Shown in pieces: positions 36,400 through 48,835 of a DNA stretch of 64,000 nt. Positions within the stretch are counted from its first letter, which is position 1. The number at the start of each line of letters is the position of its first letter. The notes beneath the pieces are model-generated. The model ran no database searches, was not told the DNA's origin, and saw only the letters and a list, made by a program, of their open reading frames with translations. A program made the translations under genes and the position numbers. The stretch lies in NCBI GenBank assembly GCA_013239625.1, contig MU054212.1:7104270-7168269 (forward strand). The letters run 5' to 3'. This stretch comes from Lama guanicoe (taxonomy: Eukaryota).

Positions 36400-39300
36400 T
36401 ATGGCTCTGAAAAACTGTAGGGGCTTTTCCCAATCTTCACTCTTAATCAGTTTGGAGAAACATCTCTCCAGATTAGGGATGAATCTTTTCCAGTCCTAAT
36501 TGACATCGGAGCCCCACTCTCGGTGCTCAGCCCCACCACTATAAAGCAGCCCCTACTTCAGAGTACTAAAACAGTTCAAATGAACCTCAAGAGGTTCCTG
36601 TCTCTGAATCTATTCCCATTTGCCTAGGCCCTTTGAGAGAAACACTTCTTCTCTCCTTAATTCCTCCACCCCTATTCATTTATAGGCCAAGAATTCTTAG
36701 AGAATCATACTGAAATTTCTTTCTCCCCAAAAGGGGCAATTCTAGAAATTGACAACCGTCATCAAAGTCATCAACCAGGTGAATTAAGTGAACTTTTGAC
36801 ATCTTTTATTCTGTCTCTGAGGATACTGGAGCAGATTCTGGAAACACTCATCATTTTCCCCTATTGAATTAGCGACCATTTTTCTCACGGGCAAAATCTC
36901 TAACTGATAGTGGCAAAATTCACAGAGCACCTCCCATCAAGATTCAGCTAGATCCCTCAAAGCCTCTTCCTCAAATTAATCAACACCCTACAAGTAGAGA
37001 AGCCCTTCAACGCATAGAAACCATAATAGAAATCACAAGGCTCAAGTCCTCATTTTCCCTTGTACTAGTCCCTGTAATGATCCTGTTTTACCGATGAGAA
37101 AACCTAAGGGCTGAGGGTGGAGGTTGTCCAGGACATATGAGCAGTAACATTGTTATCCCTCAACACCCTGTTGTTCCTAATTTTCATACATTACTAACAT
37201 CCATGGGAATTAATCAGAAGTAAATTTTTTACTGTATTTGATTTCAGTGCATTGTTTAGTATTCCAGTTGATGAAGCTAGCCAGTACCCACATTTTTGCC
37301 TTCACTTGGGAAGACAAACAGTTCATCTGAACAGTAATGCTTCAGGGTTTTACCAAGAGTCCTTTTTATTTCTTGCAAATCCTAAAGGCTGATATGGATG
37401 ATATAAAGTTCCCTAGTGGCTCTACTTTGTTGCGTTATGTGGATGATTTGCTTCTTTGCTCTCCTTCTCAAGCCGCCCCCCCACCGCCCCCGGAAGACAG
37501 CATCCACTTGCTAAAGCTGTTAGCCTCAAAGGGACATGAGGTCGACAAAGAAAATTTGCAGTTTGACCAAACCCAGATTTGATGTTCAGGGCATCTGTTA
37601 TCAGAACAAGGGCTACAACTAGATCCAGATGGACTTCATGGGGTCCTAAGTTTCCAAAAACTCAAAGCTAAGCACCAAGTGTGAGATTTTCTCAGATTAG
37701 TTGGTTATTGCTAATTGGATTTCAAATTTCTCTCTTATGGCCAAACTTCTGTATGTTTTATTGAACAGTAACACCCTTGACCCAGTTTTATGGGAAGAAC
37801 CAAATGACTTAGCCTTCAAGGCCTAAAAGAAGAATTTGATGAACCTACCTGCCCTTGGGCATCCCAATTATTGGATTCCCTTTTTCCTTTTTGTATATGA
37901 AAAGCCCCCTTGGGGTACTCAGCCAAAAACAAGGGGACCATGATTGACCCATAGGGTATTAAAGCCAGAAACTGGACACTGGCCCAGGAGTGCCCCCTTT
38001 GCCTTAGAGCCATTGCTACCACTTGCCTTTTTGACCCCCTTTAGCCATTTTTGTACCTCATGCTGCAGAAGTTCTCTTGAAGTCTCATCACACTCAACAT
38101 TTCTCAACTCAGTCACCTTACCTCCTGAGAAGTCTTTTTGTTAATTGCTCCTCACACAACTCTTTTACATTGTAGTAACCTTCACCCAGGTACTCTTCTC
38201 CCCTCACTGATGAAGTTCCTCATGGCTGCTTAAAGCTGAGGGATCACCTCCTGATTCCTCATGATGATCTGCGGGAAATTCCTTTGGGTAATGCTGACTT
38301 CTCATAGATCACTGATGGTTCTTGTTTAAAAGGTGACATGGCAAATTTGTGCTAGGTGTGCTATCGCTGCTCCTTTTGGTATTGTTGAGACAGCATCTTC
38401 ACCTATGGTTACTTTGGCCCAACTGGCTGAATTATGCAGTCTTATATGGGCTTGAACATTAGCCAAGAGCAAAAGTACCAATATTTATTCTGATATTAGA
38501 TATGCCTTCAAAGTAGCTCATGATTTTGGAATGTTGTAGGAGCAACATGGTTTCCTTACTTGCAGCAGATATAAAATTTTAAAAGGCCTTTATGTTCAGA
38601 AGTTATTGGATGCAATAGCTTTTACCTGCTGCTTTAGCTATTATTAAGATTCTGGGGCATTCTAAACTTGACTCTCTGAAAGCTGGGGAAATCACCTTGC
38701 TGACATCCACACAAGGAATGCTGTCCTTAGAGGAACCAACAGCAGCCAAACCCCTGTCATGATCCAAAGGAATAGTTCCCCAAATGATGATTTAGAAAAC
38801 CTGGCTTGAGAAGCCCAAAAATTGACCTCAGAAAAAGGAAAAACAAGGTTGAAATTCAACAATTCTTGGCTCGATTAGAAGAGAAAGCTCTAATAACCAC
38901 CCAATCCTACCAGAGACTCTAAATTTCCCACTCCTCACCACTGTACATGCATTAAACCATTGGTCTACTGACAAAATGATAACATTCATGAATCAATATT
39001 GGTGGAGAAACATTAACAAGGCCACGAAAAGTGTGTACTCCACTTCTCCCACTTGTTCAAAGTACAACCCAGGGAAGCCTGGTTGTACACTCCCAGACAT
39101 TTTAAACTGCCTAATGGACCATTCAAGGTGTGGCAAATAGATTTTATACAACTTCCTCCTTCTAATGGATATAAATGTTTTAGTCATGGTCTGTATGTTT
39201 TCACACTGGATTGAAGCTTTCCCTTGGACATAGGCTCCTGCCTCTTCTGTGGCTAAAGTCCTTCTGGAAAAGATTACCCTTACGTGGAGAACTCTTCTCA

Positions 39301-39960
39301 AACTTCATAGTGATTGAAGAACCCATTCTACTGGTCAAGACTTTGACAGATCTGCAGCGTTTGGCCAGTTTTATAACACTTTCATCGTGTTTACCACCCT
39401 CAATTCTTTGGTTTAGTCGAATGCACTAACAGCATTTTTAAGATTCAGTTGCCAAAATTTTAGAGGCCCTCCAAATACCTTAGCCAAAGGCATTGTCATT
39501 GGTTCTTCTAAATCTCAGATCTACCCCTTTAGGAACTCATAATCTCTCACCCTTTGAGATAGTCACAGGATGTCCAATGTACTTGGCTCCTTCCTCTTTT
39601 GAAACACAATTGGTAAAAGGAGAGATACTCCAGTATTGCAAAGGCTTAATTGTTTCTATTAAAAATAACCATGTTTTTGTAGAGCAGTTTTTTCATAGTG
39701 TGCTCTCAGAAGATAAAAACTGTAAGCAAGCATCACATTTTGCAACCTAGAGATTTCATCTATTGGAAAAGCTACTTCCAGAAGAACAGTAGTCATCATC
39801 ACTGGAAAGGCCCTTGTTAGGTACTCCTAACAAACCCTTGTGTTGCCAAACTCCAAAGAATAGACTTTTGGATTCATGTGACACACTTAAAGAAAGTGGT
39901 GAACTCTTTCTGGACCTGCACATCATCTGGTGACCTGGAAACAAAGATTTCCTGGAACTG
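36400..39960 (+). pseudogene. pol: ERV pro-pol remnant (protease, RT, RNase H, integrase)
   Basis: LIDIGA at 36496-36513 (degenerate DTG); QGFTKSP and YVDDLLL in ORF 37337-37582; TDGS and NIYSDIRYAF (RNase H); GPFKVWQIDF, FSHWIEAFP and SPFEIVTG (integrase). Confidence 0.9.
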
Positions 39961-40316
39961 AAGCAGAGGACATCTGATGAGACAGCTTTCTCAAGATAAT
40001 TGGACCAGGCGTGTTGAAAGTTTGTTGCCAAACCTTTGATAATGACATAACACTTCAGAGGATCATCAAGGTCTATGATCTTGATGACATGTGGAGTTTA
40101 GATAGAAAGTGCCTGAGTGTTCTCCCTCCTACCCTTCCTTGTTACTTGAATGTGACCCCAGTAATTTTCTAATCAGTGCACTTTCCCTCCAGTGTGAGAC
40201 ACAACACCGAGAAAAGATCTTTCCTGGTATTGAGGTACAGAAAGCCACTGAAAATAGAAAACATAACTCTTGATCAGTGATGCTTTCAGAAAAAAGATCT
40301 TGATCAATGGGGAAAA

Positions 40317-40565
40317 TGTAAAAAAAAAAAAAAAAAAACCCAGAAACTTCAATTAAATAGTGTTGGGAGACCAGAAGAGGGAATTCTCGTGCCCTGTGAA
40401 GATAACAGAGCCCAACAGGAAGATGAAAAGTCCTTCCTGGCAAGGACTTAGCCAGTGGAGAGCCATGGACTCTTTGTTTACAATACCTCCCACCCCCCAA
40501 CTTCCTTTTCCTCTCTATAAAAGCATTCTTCCTCCCTTGCAGTGCAGGGACTAGCATGTGGTTTA
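40317..40565 (+). repeat. ERV 3' LTR, truncated at its 3' end
   Basis: Follows GGGGAAAA purine tract; aligns to the 5' LTR (CAGAAAC...GTTGGGAGA...GATAACA...ACAGGAA...CTCTTTGTTTA...CATGTGG), then homology stops before the AATAAA/U5 part. Confidence 0.85.
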
Positions 40566-40599
40566 GTCTCTAATGTCACAGGGTGAAGTTTGGTATAGA

Positions 40600-43500
40600 T
40601 CCATAGCATATTCTAATTCACTGTTACTTAGTTTTACTGTATCCTGACTCACCTTTTGTTCTTGTATTAAGAGTGATGTGTTTAAAATTTCCTATTAGTA
40701 TTTATATCTATTTCTTTTTACATCTTCTGCCTCTTTAAATGTGACTGCTGTATTATTTTGGCAAAAATATTCATGTAATATCTGTATTATAAAAACAGGT
40801 TTAAACAGAATTAAAATGTGTTCTTCATTGTCAAGGTTTAATGCTTTTTCAGTTGAGTTCAATTTTGTCTCATATCAGATTTGCAAACTCTGTTTTATCG
40901 TTCCACTCTTGTACCCGTCTTTGTTTTCATCTTAGACTGACAGCTAACTACATTAAATGCTCACCGCTAGTGTTTTTCTCAAGTTTTCCCAGTCAAGTAT
41001 TAGACAGTTTTGCTAAAAGTATGAGGTTTAAGTTGAGGTTTACTTACTTATTTTTGCCTATGGATATATAATTGTTCCAAAACCATTTGTTGAAAAGACT
41101 ATTCTTCCTCCATCTAATTACTTTTGAATCTTTGTCAAAAATGAGTTAGCTGTACTTGTGTGGGTTATTTCCTGGTTCTCTATTCTGTTCCAGTGATCTG
41201 TGTTTCTATCCTCCTATCAATACTGCCCAATCTTGAGTAGTATAGCTGTGTAATTTGTGAAATAGCATAGACTGATTCTTCAAATTTTATTCTTCTTTTT
41301 CAAAAATTATCATGTTAGTGATTCCAGGTCTTTTGCCTTCCCAAGTAAATTTTAGAAAAATCCTGTGCATGTCTACCAAAAAGTCTTATCTTTTTCATGC
41401 CTTCCTGTGAATATTTGAACATTAGTTAGCATTCCATTTTGATTTATTTATAGTATTTTTTACTATCTCTGTATAGCTTTGTTTTGTGGTTGCTCTAACT
41501 ATTACATTATATATACATAACTTGTCAAGTGTATAAGTGTTGAAATTTTACCAGTTCAAGTGAAGTTATGTACACTCACCTTCCCTCATTTATAATAAAT
41601 TGTCTCTATAATATATCTGCATGCCATGAGAATCGCATTAGAAAATACTATAATTTTTGCTTGAGCTGTAAACATAATTTAGAAAACTCAAGAGAAGGAA
41701 AGTCTGTTGTCTTTATATTTTTGCTTATTATGTTCTTCTTCCCTGATATTCAAAGACTCCATCTCTTATTATTTTCTTTTGTCTTAGAGATTCTTTTTTA
41801 AGCATTCATTTTGGGTAGATCTGTTGACAACAAATTCTCTTAGTTTTCCTTTATCTGAAAACATCTTCTCATGGATATTTACCTGGTATAGGATTCTGCA
41901 TCAACTATATTTTCTTTTCAGCACTTTAAAAATGTGTGTTATTTCTCTCTCCACCTCCATGGTTTTTGATGAGAACTTTGCCGTTCATTCAAATTGGTGT
42001 TCCCTTATAAGTAATGCATCAGTTCTCTGGCTGCTTTTAAGTTTTTTTTTTTTTTTTTTGTCTACAGTTTTCAGAAGTTTGACTATGGTGTACTTCAGCA
42101 TGAACTTCTTTCAGTCTGGGGTTTACACAGCTTTTTGAATTTATAATTTTATTTTTCTTTTGCCAAGTTTAGGAATTTTTCAGCCATTATTTCATTGAAT
42201 ACTGATCAGCTCCACCATATTTCTTCTCTTCTTCCGGAACTCCAGTACTAAGTGTTAGAGCTTTTAACTCTTACAAACGCTGAGTCTCTGTTTGTCTCAT
42301 TTTAGTCTGTTTTCTTTCTGTTATTTAGATTGTATAACTTCTGTTCTTCTACCCTCGAATTCTGCTGTTGAGCCCATTTACTGAATTTTTAATTTTAATT
42401 ATTACATATTTTACATCTAACATTTCCGTTTGGTTCTAATTTATATATTGCATTTCTTGCTGAGATGTCCTACTTTTTCATTTGTTTCAAGTGTGTTTAT
42501 AATTACTATCTGAAACATTTTTATGATGATTGCTTTAAAGTCTTTTCCAGATAATCCTGACATATGTGTTATCTCAGTGTTAGCGGCTATTGATTGCATT
42601 TTCTTATTCAAGTTGAGATGTCCTGAGTCTTGGTGTGAGTGATTTTTTTATGCATACCTAAACATTTTGGGTATTTTGTTAGGAGATTCTGGATCTTATT
42701 TAAATCTTGTGTTTTAGCATGTCTCCTCTGACATTGCTCTCTTGGAGGGAAGGAAGGGTCAGCCTTCTTACTGCCAAATGGTAGTGGAAGGTCTAGATTC
42801 TCCACTCAGCCTCCTTTAACACCTAGTGGAAGGAGGGGTTCTTTGTTACTGCTGGACAGGATAGGTGTTCAGGCTTTCTATCCATGTAGCTTCCATCATG
42901 AGTGTGTGGGTATTACCCCTGAGCCCTACTGAAAGCCCTGACTCTTTCTTAGGCCTCCTCTGATACCATCCCAACAGGGAAGGAATGGTTACCTTACGGC
43001 TGAAGGTTCAGGCTCCCCACATGGTCTCCATTAACATTGCTGAAGTAGTAGAAAATTTTTAACATCTGGCATGGGTGAAAGTTCCAGATCTGCACTCAGT
43101 CTTTTCTGACACAACCCTGTCTTCGGACAGGGGAGATAAGGGACAAGGGGGTTTGAGGCATCTCATTAAAATCAGGTTAGAGTGGGAGTGTAGGTTCCAC
43201 ACCTGGCCTTTGATGGCATGGGTGGGGATGCAGTTACAGTGTTTTCCTGGTGGCATTTGGCTAAAATAGCATAAAGATTGTCTAAAAGTATTCTGTCTCA
43301 CTGGATCACCCCTTCCCTGTCCCTTTCGTAAGAGAAAGCAAGCCTTGGCAGGTTATTTTTCCTGCACTCTTTGGCATTTCTGGGTAGTCTACTTCTCCAG
43401 TACCCTGTCTGGAATATGTGAGGGGGAAAAAAGAGGAATTCATCACTTGTGGGACTTGGGTCCCAAGGTTTCTAGCCAATCTTCCTCCTCCTCTCCACCT

Positions 43501-43620
43501 TTCAGAGTCTTCTTATGTTTGTTTATATATAGTGTCCAGGGTTTTTAAGCTGTACTTAGCAGGAGGAATAGGGGGAAAATGTGTACAATGTACTCTATCT
43601 TCCCCAAATCTGCTGTCCCC
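40600..43620 (-). mobile_element. Mosaic of antisense L1 fragments (ORF2 pieces, ORF1, 5' UTR)
   Basis: TTGTTCCAAAACCATTTGTTGAAAAGACTATTC (ORF2); TTTTCTTTTCAGCACTTTAAAAATG, TTCTGCTGTTGAGCCCAT (ORF1). Confidence 0.8.
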
Positions 43621-43744
43621 AGAAACATTCTCTTTATTTTATAAATAGTTTCAGCATAAGCCTAGATAGTTTATTTTAAAAATATAAACGTTTGAAATTA
43701 GATATACTTGTTCTTTCATTTATCAAGTTTTGTGATTTTTAAAG

Positions 43745-43940
43745 TAATAATAATAGCTACCAGTTATTAAATACTTATGGTATGTCAAACATTGTGTTAA
43801 GAACTTTAAAAAGAATCTGTTTAATCTCAGAGCAAATTTATGAGGTAGAGATTAAGGAAACTGATACTCAAAATGGTTATACAGCTTTCTCAATTTACAT
43901 AGGTTGTAATTGATGCAATTTGGTTCCAGACTCAGGTCAG
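43745..43940 (-). mobile_element. MIR SINE
   Basis: TAATAATAGCTACCAGTTATTAAATACTTATGGTATGTCAAACATTGTG...ATTAAGGAAACTGATACTCA. Confidence 0.75.
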
Positions 43941-44732
43941 AATCTGAAGTCCTTTTTATTCAGTAGCCCCTGTAACTGCCTTTAGGTATCATAATCTAGT
44001 AGATAAAGACAAGCATGTGAAACAACTTGACAGTTACACTGAATATGAAGCTTGGCTGAATTGGTAGCTTTCACCATACTACTTTCCAATGGCTCACATT
44101 TATAATATCTTACAAAATGTTAGTGCATTTATTGTCCGTATTTTAACCAGCCTCTTCTTGGCTCTTTCTCTCACATGCTGCAGGCATAATAATCTCCTTC
44201 AAATTTGGAACCTGCCTTTCCAGACTGGGGAGAGCAGTACACAACACAACCGCTATCTCAACATCCAGTGGTCTTGGAATAGCCACACTCCTATCAGGAA
44301 TATAATGGCCTGTTATGGCTGCTGTGTTCCTTCATTGCCTCTCACTCCTCTCCCATCAGACTTCTCCATTGTGAACTAAACCCTGATCGGGTATGCCAGG
44401 GCAAGTCCCACATACACACGTGGCTCCTGGTTTCAGCATGCTCTATGTGATTGCTCTCATCGTGATTTCCAATCCTTGAGTTTTGTGGTACAATAGTCTG
44501 TTGTAGCATGAATAACAATTTCTTTGAATGACTATAAATGATTGTCCTTGCTCTTTCTGGCCCAACCCTGTTTCCAAAGGACTGGATCTGCTGGGTTAAT
44601 CCTGGTGGATCTCCTGGAAAGATGCCTTCCTGAGCCCTGACCCCATCCTGAAATAAATTTTCTTTAAGGCATATGGTACATACGGCTACTAAAGACTGCC
44701 TGAATTACACCCAAGTTTGAAATATCCTTTAT

Positions 44733-46383
44733 ACTGATGGTTTTCAAAAAAAAAGGTGCACATATCCCAGGTAACATGTAAGATCATGTATTGAGGATCT
44801 GAAAACAAAAATTAGGTTGTCCGAATGTATAACTTTTTCTGATAAAAGAAAGAAAAAGAAAAAATAAACATGTTCCTTTTTCTAATACTTAGAGTGATGC
44901 TGGTATATGTGTCATGAAGAGAATGTCAGGTATCCTGAAGGAAGAAAATAAAAGAAATTACATGACACGAAGGGCCTGATAGTGGCCTTCAAAATCACTG
45001 ATTCCATTTCAAGTCATTCAGTGTACTGTGAAGTAATGGACTGATGGAATAGTCATCCCTTGGCATCTGTGGGGGCTTGGTTCCAAGACATCCGTAGACA
45101 CCAAATTCTGCAGATGCTCGAAGTACCTTATATAAAAAATGGCATAGTATCATAGCTTACCCGTATCAACATGTATGTGGAAGCCGCAGAATGGAGGGCT
45201 GACTGTACATGATTTTAAACTCTTTAGAACACCTTGTAAACATATCAGGAGTGACCATGAAAACCTCTTGTTCCACACAGAAGTTTGAAGGGTATCCAAA
45301 AGTGAAGTACTTAAAACACCCATTGACTTAAAGATGAGTTACATACTTCTTTTTTTGACAAAAATACATTCGTTTCAATTTTGCAGATATTTTATATGAT
45401 ACACATGGCTGTCAACAGTATGCTATCTACAGATACACATTTTTATGTATTTGTATTTATATATATATTTAGTTATTTAGTTATTGCTTTAAGGGAGAGG
45501 TACTATTTTAACAATAATGGAGAAAATAGCTGCTTTTTCAAAAGAATCTCATAGAATAAAAGAGAATGTTGAAAATAGAGGTTTGAAAATGTTACTGTCA
45601 TTAAGTGAATTTTGTTGGTGACATGATGTTAAATATTTCAGTTCTAAATAAAGGATTTTCATATTTGGTCAAATTTTTAAAAAACTAGGAAACAGAACAT
45701 TTCAACCTGTTAATCTTCTAAATGAAGAATTTCAGGAATTTATTTTTAACCAATTCACTAAAATAATTAAAATCCAACATCTTCCAGTTAGTTTGCTAAA
45801 GCAAATCATTGGCATTATATGGAAATACATTAGCTGAACTTCAACACAAACCTTTATATTCATTACTGGCGAATGTGGTTGAAAAATGTGTACTATCACT
45901 TAATAAGTGCAGTCAATGAAACTTTCCATTACTTTTATGTATATTTGTGAAGTACCTTTTTCAGTTCTATAGCCATTAGAAACAGAACTTAAGGTAAACC
46001 TAATTTAGAATGTAACTAGCTTTTATTTCTAATTTAATTTGTTAATTAATAAGTGAATTTAGAATTCACTTATTATCACCATCTTTTAAAAATAATAAAG
46101 TATTTTTAACTACATGCTGTCACTAAAAACTAATACTGATTATTTGATATTTTAGTGAGAACAAAAGTGTTTAGTACATTAATAAATTAAACAAATAGGG
46201 ACAAATAGCTCGTTTAATGTTTAGAACTTTTTTTTTGTTTTGTGATTTATGTATGTTTAAAATATAAATTTGCTGCTGTACGAATATACTAGACAATAGG
46301 GTAGTAGCACATGTAGTGAATTTTGATATATTTTTAAAATTCTTTAGGGTGGGTACTTGGGAAAATACATTGCAAGATCACTG
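44733..46383 (+). mobile_element. Charlie-like hAT transposon with transposase remnant
   Basis: 45265 onward reads LLFHTEV*RVSKSEVLK, a degenerate HTEVRWLSRGKVL motif of Charlie/Buster transposases; a TIR-like end (GATCACTG) lies at ~46383. Confidence 0.65.
45050..45205. mobile_element. Internally deleted MER2 (TcMar-Tigger) nested in the Charlie-like element
   Basis: AGTCATCCCTTGGCATCTGTGGGGGCTTGGTTCCAAGAC...CCTTATATAAAAAATGGCATAGTAT...GGAGGGCTGACTG followed by TA. Confidence 0.85.
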
Positions 46384-48464
46384 CATTTGACCCTGTAGGT
46401 GCTCACTAGGTCTTCCCCGAGGCTACCTATGCCCTAGAATGCCACACCAGTGTGAATAGGAGACAAAAAAACCCTCCTTGTCACAAACTCAGAAGTTTAT
46501 AGCTAAAGCTATTTACAGTTAAACAGACAAACATACACACAGAGCAAGGGCAAAAATAACAATATAGTAGCAATAATTATTGAATCTAAGTGAACAATAT
46601 ATGTGTTCATTCTTTCAACTTTTAGCTTTGTTTAAATATTTTAACGTAAAAAGTTTGAAGAATAAAGCTCTTTATGCATACATCTTTATGAAAAATTTAT
46701 TTTTCAATATTAATTTGTTTCCTAACTATCACTTCTAGTTAACAAGTAATTATTGGGGTCCTGTGATACAAAAACATATATTTGAAAAGAAAAATTTCTA
46801 TTTTCCTTAATTTCCCACTTTAATCTGCATATATATACATAAATATGTATATGTATTTCTTAGTTTCAACTACATCTGGAGCAGAATCTTTACTGAGTAA
46901 GAAATGTCATAAAAAGCATTTTTTCCCTATGAAACAGTTCTAATACATTAGCAATTCTAACACAGGATTTATTCTTGGCAGAATACATTCTACAGCTGCT
47001 ATTTATATTCATTCCATTTTAATATTTTCTTTATCAATTTGTAAACAGGAGGCCAGATAAAAAAGATGAAAAATTCAAGAGGGTTGATGTTGCCTGAAAA
47101 AAGGTGCTGAGTACTCTTCACCATGGGAACCATCCAGAAGACAAAAATGTACACAGATTTCCAAAACAGCCTTCCAAACCTTCAATGGCATTAAAGTTGA
47201 ATTTTATAGGTCTTCTTCCTTCTGCATATGTATAAACTGAGAATAGACATTATTCCCTGTAAGGAGGCTTCTATACATATATCAAAGGATTTTGATGACA
47301 TTATAATAACCAATAGAGTGAAGCTGGGGCAGTTTGTGATGCTTTTGGAATCTCAAGACATTTACTTTCTGTTCTAAAATATTAATGAAACAGCTGACAA
47401 GCCAACAAAATTCTAAAGGAGCACATCTCACAAGAGAGAAATTTGTTGACATTGATTTGGACTACGAAGTAGGTTTTATGAACTCACAGTTATGAAACGT
47501 TTCTACTGTTATCTGTGTGTTAATTGTGTATTCAGTAAAGAGATGCAGCGCTTTCAGAGACAGACATCATGGTAAGCTCTTTCATTATTCAAAGTATTTC
47601 AAAGCTATGGGGCAGGACAGTGCTTGGGCCAGTGCTATTTTTATCTGCTTTTAAATAGAAGCGACTTATCCTGCCAAATGAATGTGGATAGGTTGTTATT
47701 GTTTTACTATTAGGCATTTGTGGTTGAAATTTTTTTATTGCTGCAAGAATTGCAAGGCATAGTGCTTTTTATTAGGAAGAAAAATACAGCTGATGATGAT
47801 CGGAAACACTTTCGTCCAGTGATAGTGTGAATTGCTAGACCACAAAGTTTAGGGCAAGAGGATTACCCCTAACTTCTGGGAGCCGAAAAGTGCTCAGTGC
47901 TGGGATAGTAAGACACCTCAGCAGCAGAATATATGTATATACACACACACACACACACATATGCATATATTTCAATTCTTCGTGACCCCCTTCCCCTAGC
48001 TCTAGGAGGATGACAAGCGAAAGTATCAAAAGTAACCTGCAATTCTACTGCATACTGGGCAAGAACAACTGACTTTTCCAGCATATTTAATATTTCCTTG
48101 GTTACTAATCCAGCGCATATTTACCTGTCTCCTGGGTATTCTGTTTTGCTTTGGTTTGTCTTGTTTTACATTAACAGGGAAACCCACCATTTTCACAATA
48201 TATGCTTTGCGGTGTTGGGTTTTAGCTGAGTAGCTATCTAGAATATTTTATCACTTTATAAGCAAGTATGTGCATCTGTAAATCAGCAGGCAGAGTTAGA
48301 GTGGAAGACTGGAGAACTCTCAGCATACAGAAGCACACGTGTCCACGCATTTAGTTTATTTGAATCCAACTTGCCTGTCTAAGATTTAACTTCAATATTG
48401 ACCTCAGTACCACCATCATTTAAACAAATGACTTAACTACATACACATATTCAATACTTGTGTC

Positions 48465-48835
48465 TCGGATGATCTTTGACAAAGTTTCAAAGATATTTCA
48501 ATGGACAAGGAATAGTCTTTTCAACAAATGATGCTGGAACAATTGGGCATCCATATGAAAAAAAATGAACCTACACATAGATCTTACACCTTTCACAAAA
48601 GTTAACTCAAAATGGATCATGGATTGAAATGTAAAATGCAATACTGTAAAACTTCAGGAAAAAAATAAGAGATAATCTATGTGACCTTGAATTTGGCAGT
48701 GCATTTTTAGCTAACACACCCCCCCCACACACACACCCTACAATCCATGAAAGAAAAATTGGTTTGAATTTAATTAAAAATTTAAAATTTTGCCCTGAGA
48801 AATACTTTATTATGAGAATAAGAAGACACACCACA
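48465..48835 (+). mobile_element. L1 (L1MC-like) ORF2 fragment, left part
   Basis: GATCTTTGACAAAG...TAGTCTTTTCAACAAATGATGCTGGAACAATTGG...AACTCAAAATGGATCAT. Confidence 0.85.

Larger units (their letters stand above)
34279..40565 (+). mobile_element. Decayed class I (gamma/epsilon-like) endogenous retrovirus: LTR-gag-pro-pol-LTR, no env
   Basis: Two homologous LTRs, PBS-like TGGTGGCC, CCHC knuckle, protease, RT, RNase H and integrase motifs, PPT-like purine tract. Confidence 0.93.

Noticed and set aside
37337..37582. Intact reverse transcriptase or a domesticated retroviral gene
   Set aside because: The YVDD motif survives, but the ORF is only 81 aa among many stops and frameshifts; no env or syncytin-like ORF is present
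44270..44670. Possible ancient solo LTR (GC-balanced block ending near AATAAA)
   Set aside because: I could not assign termini, a TSD or a family by eye
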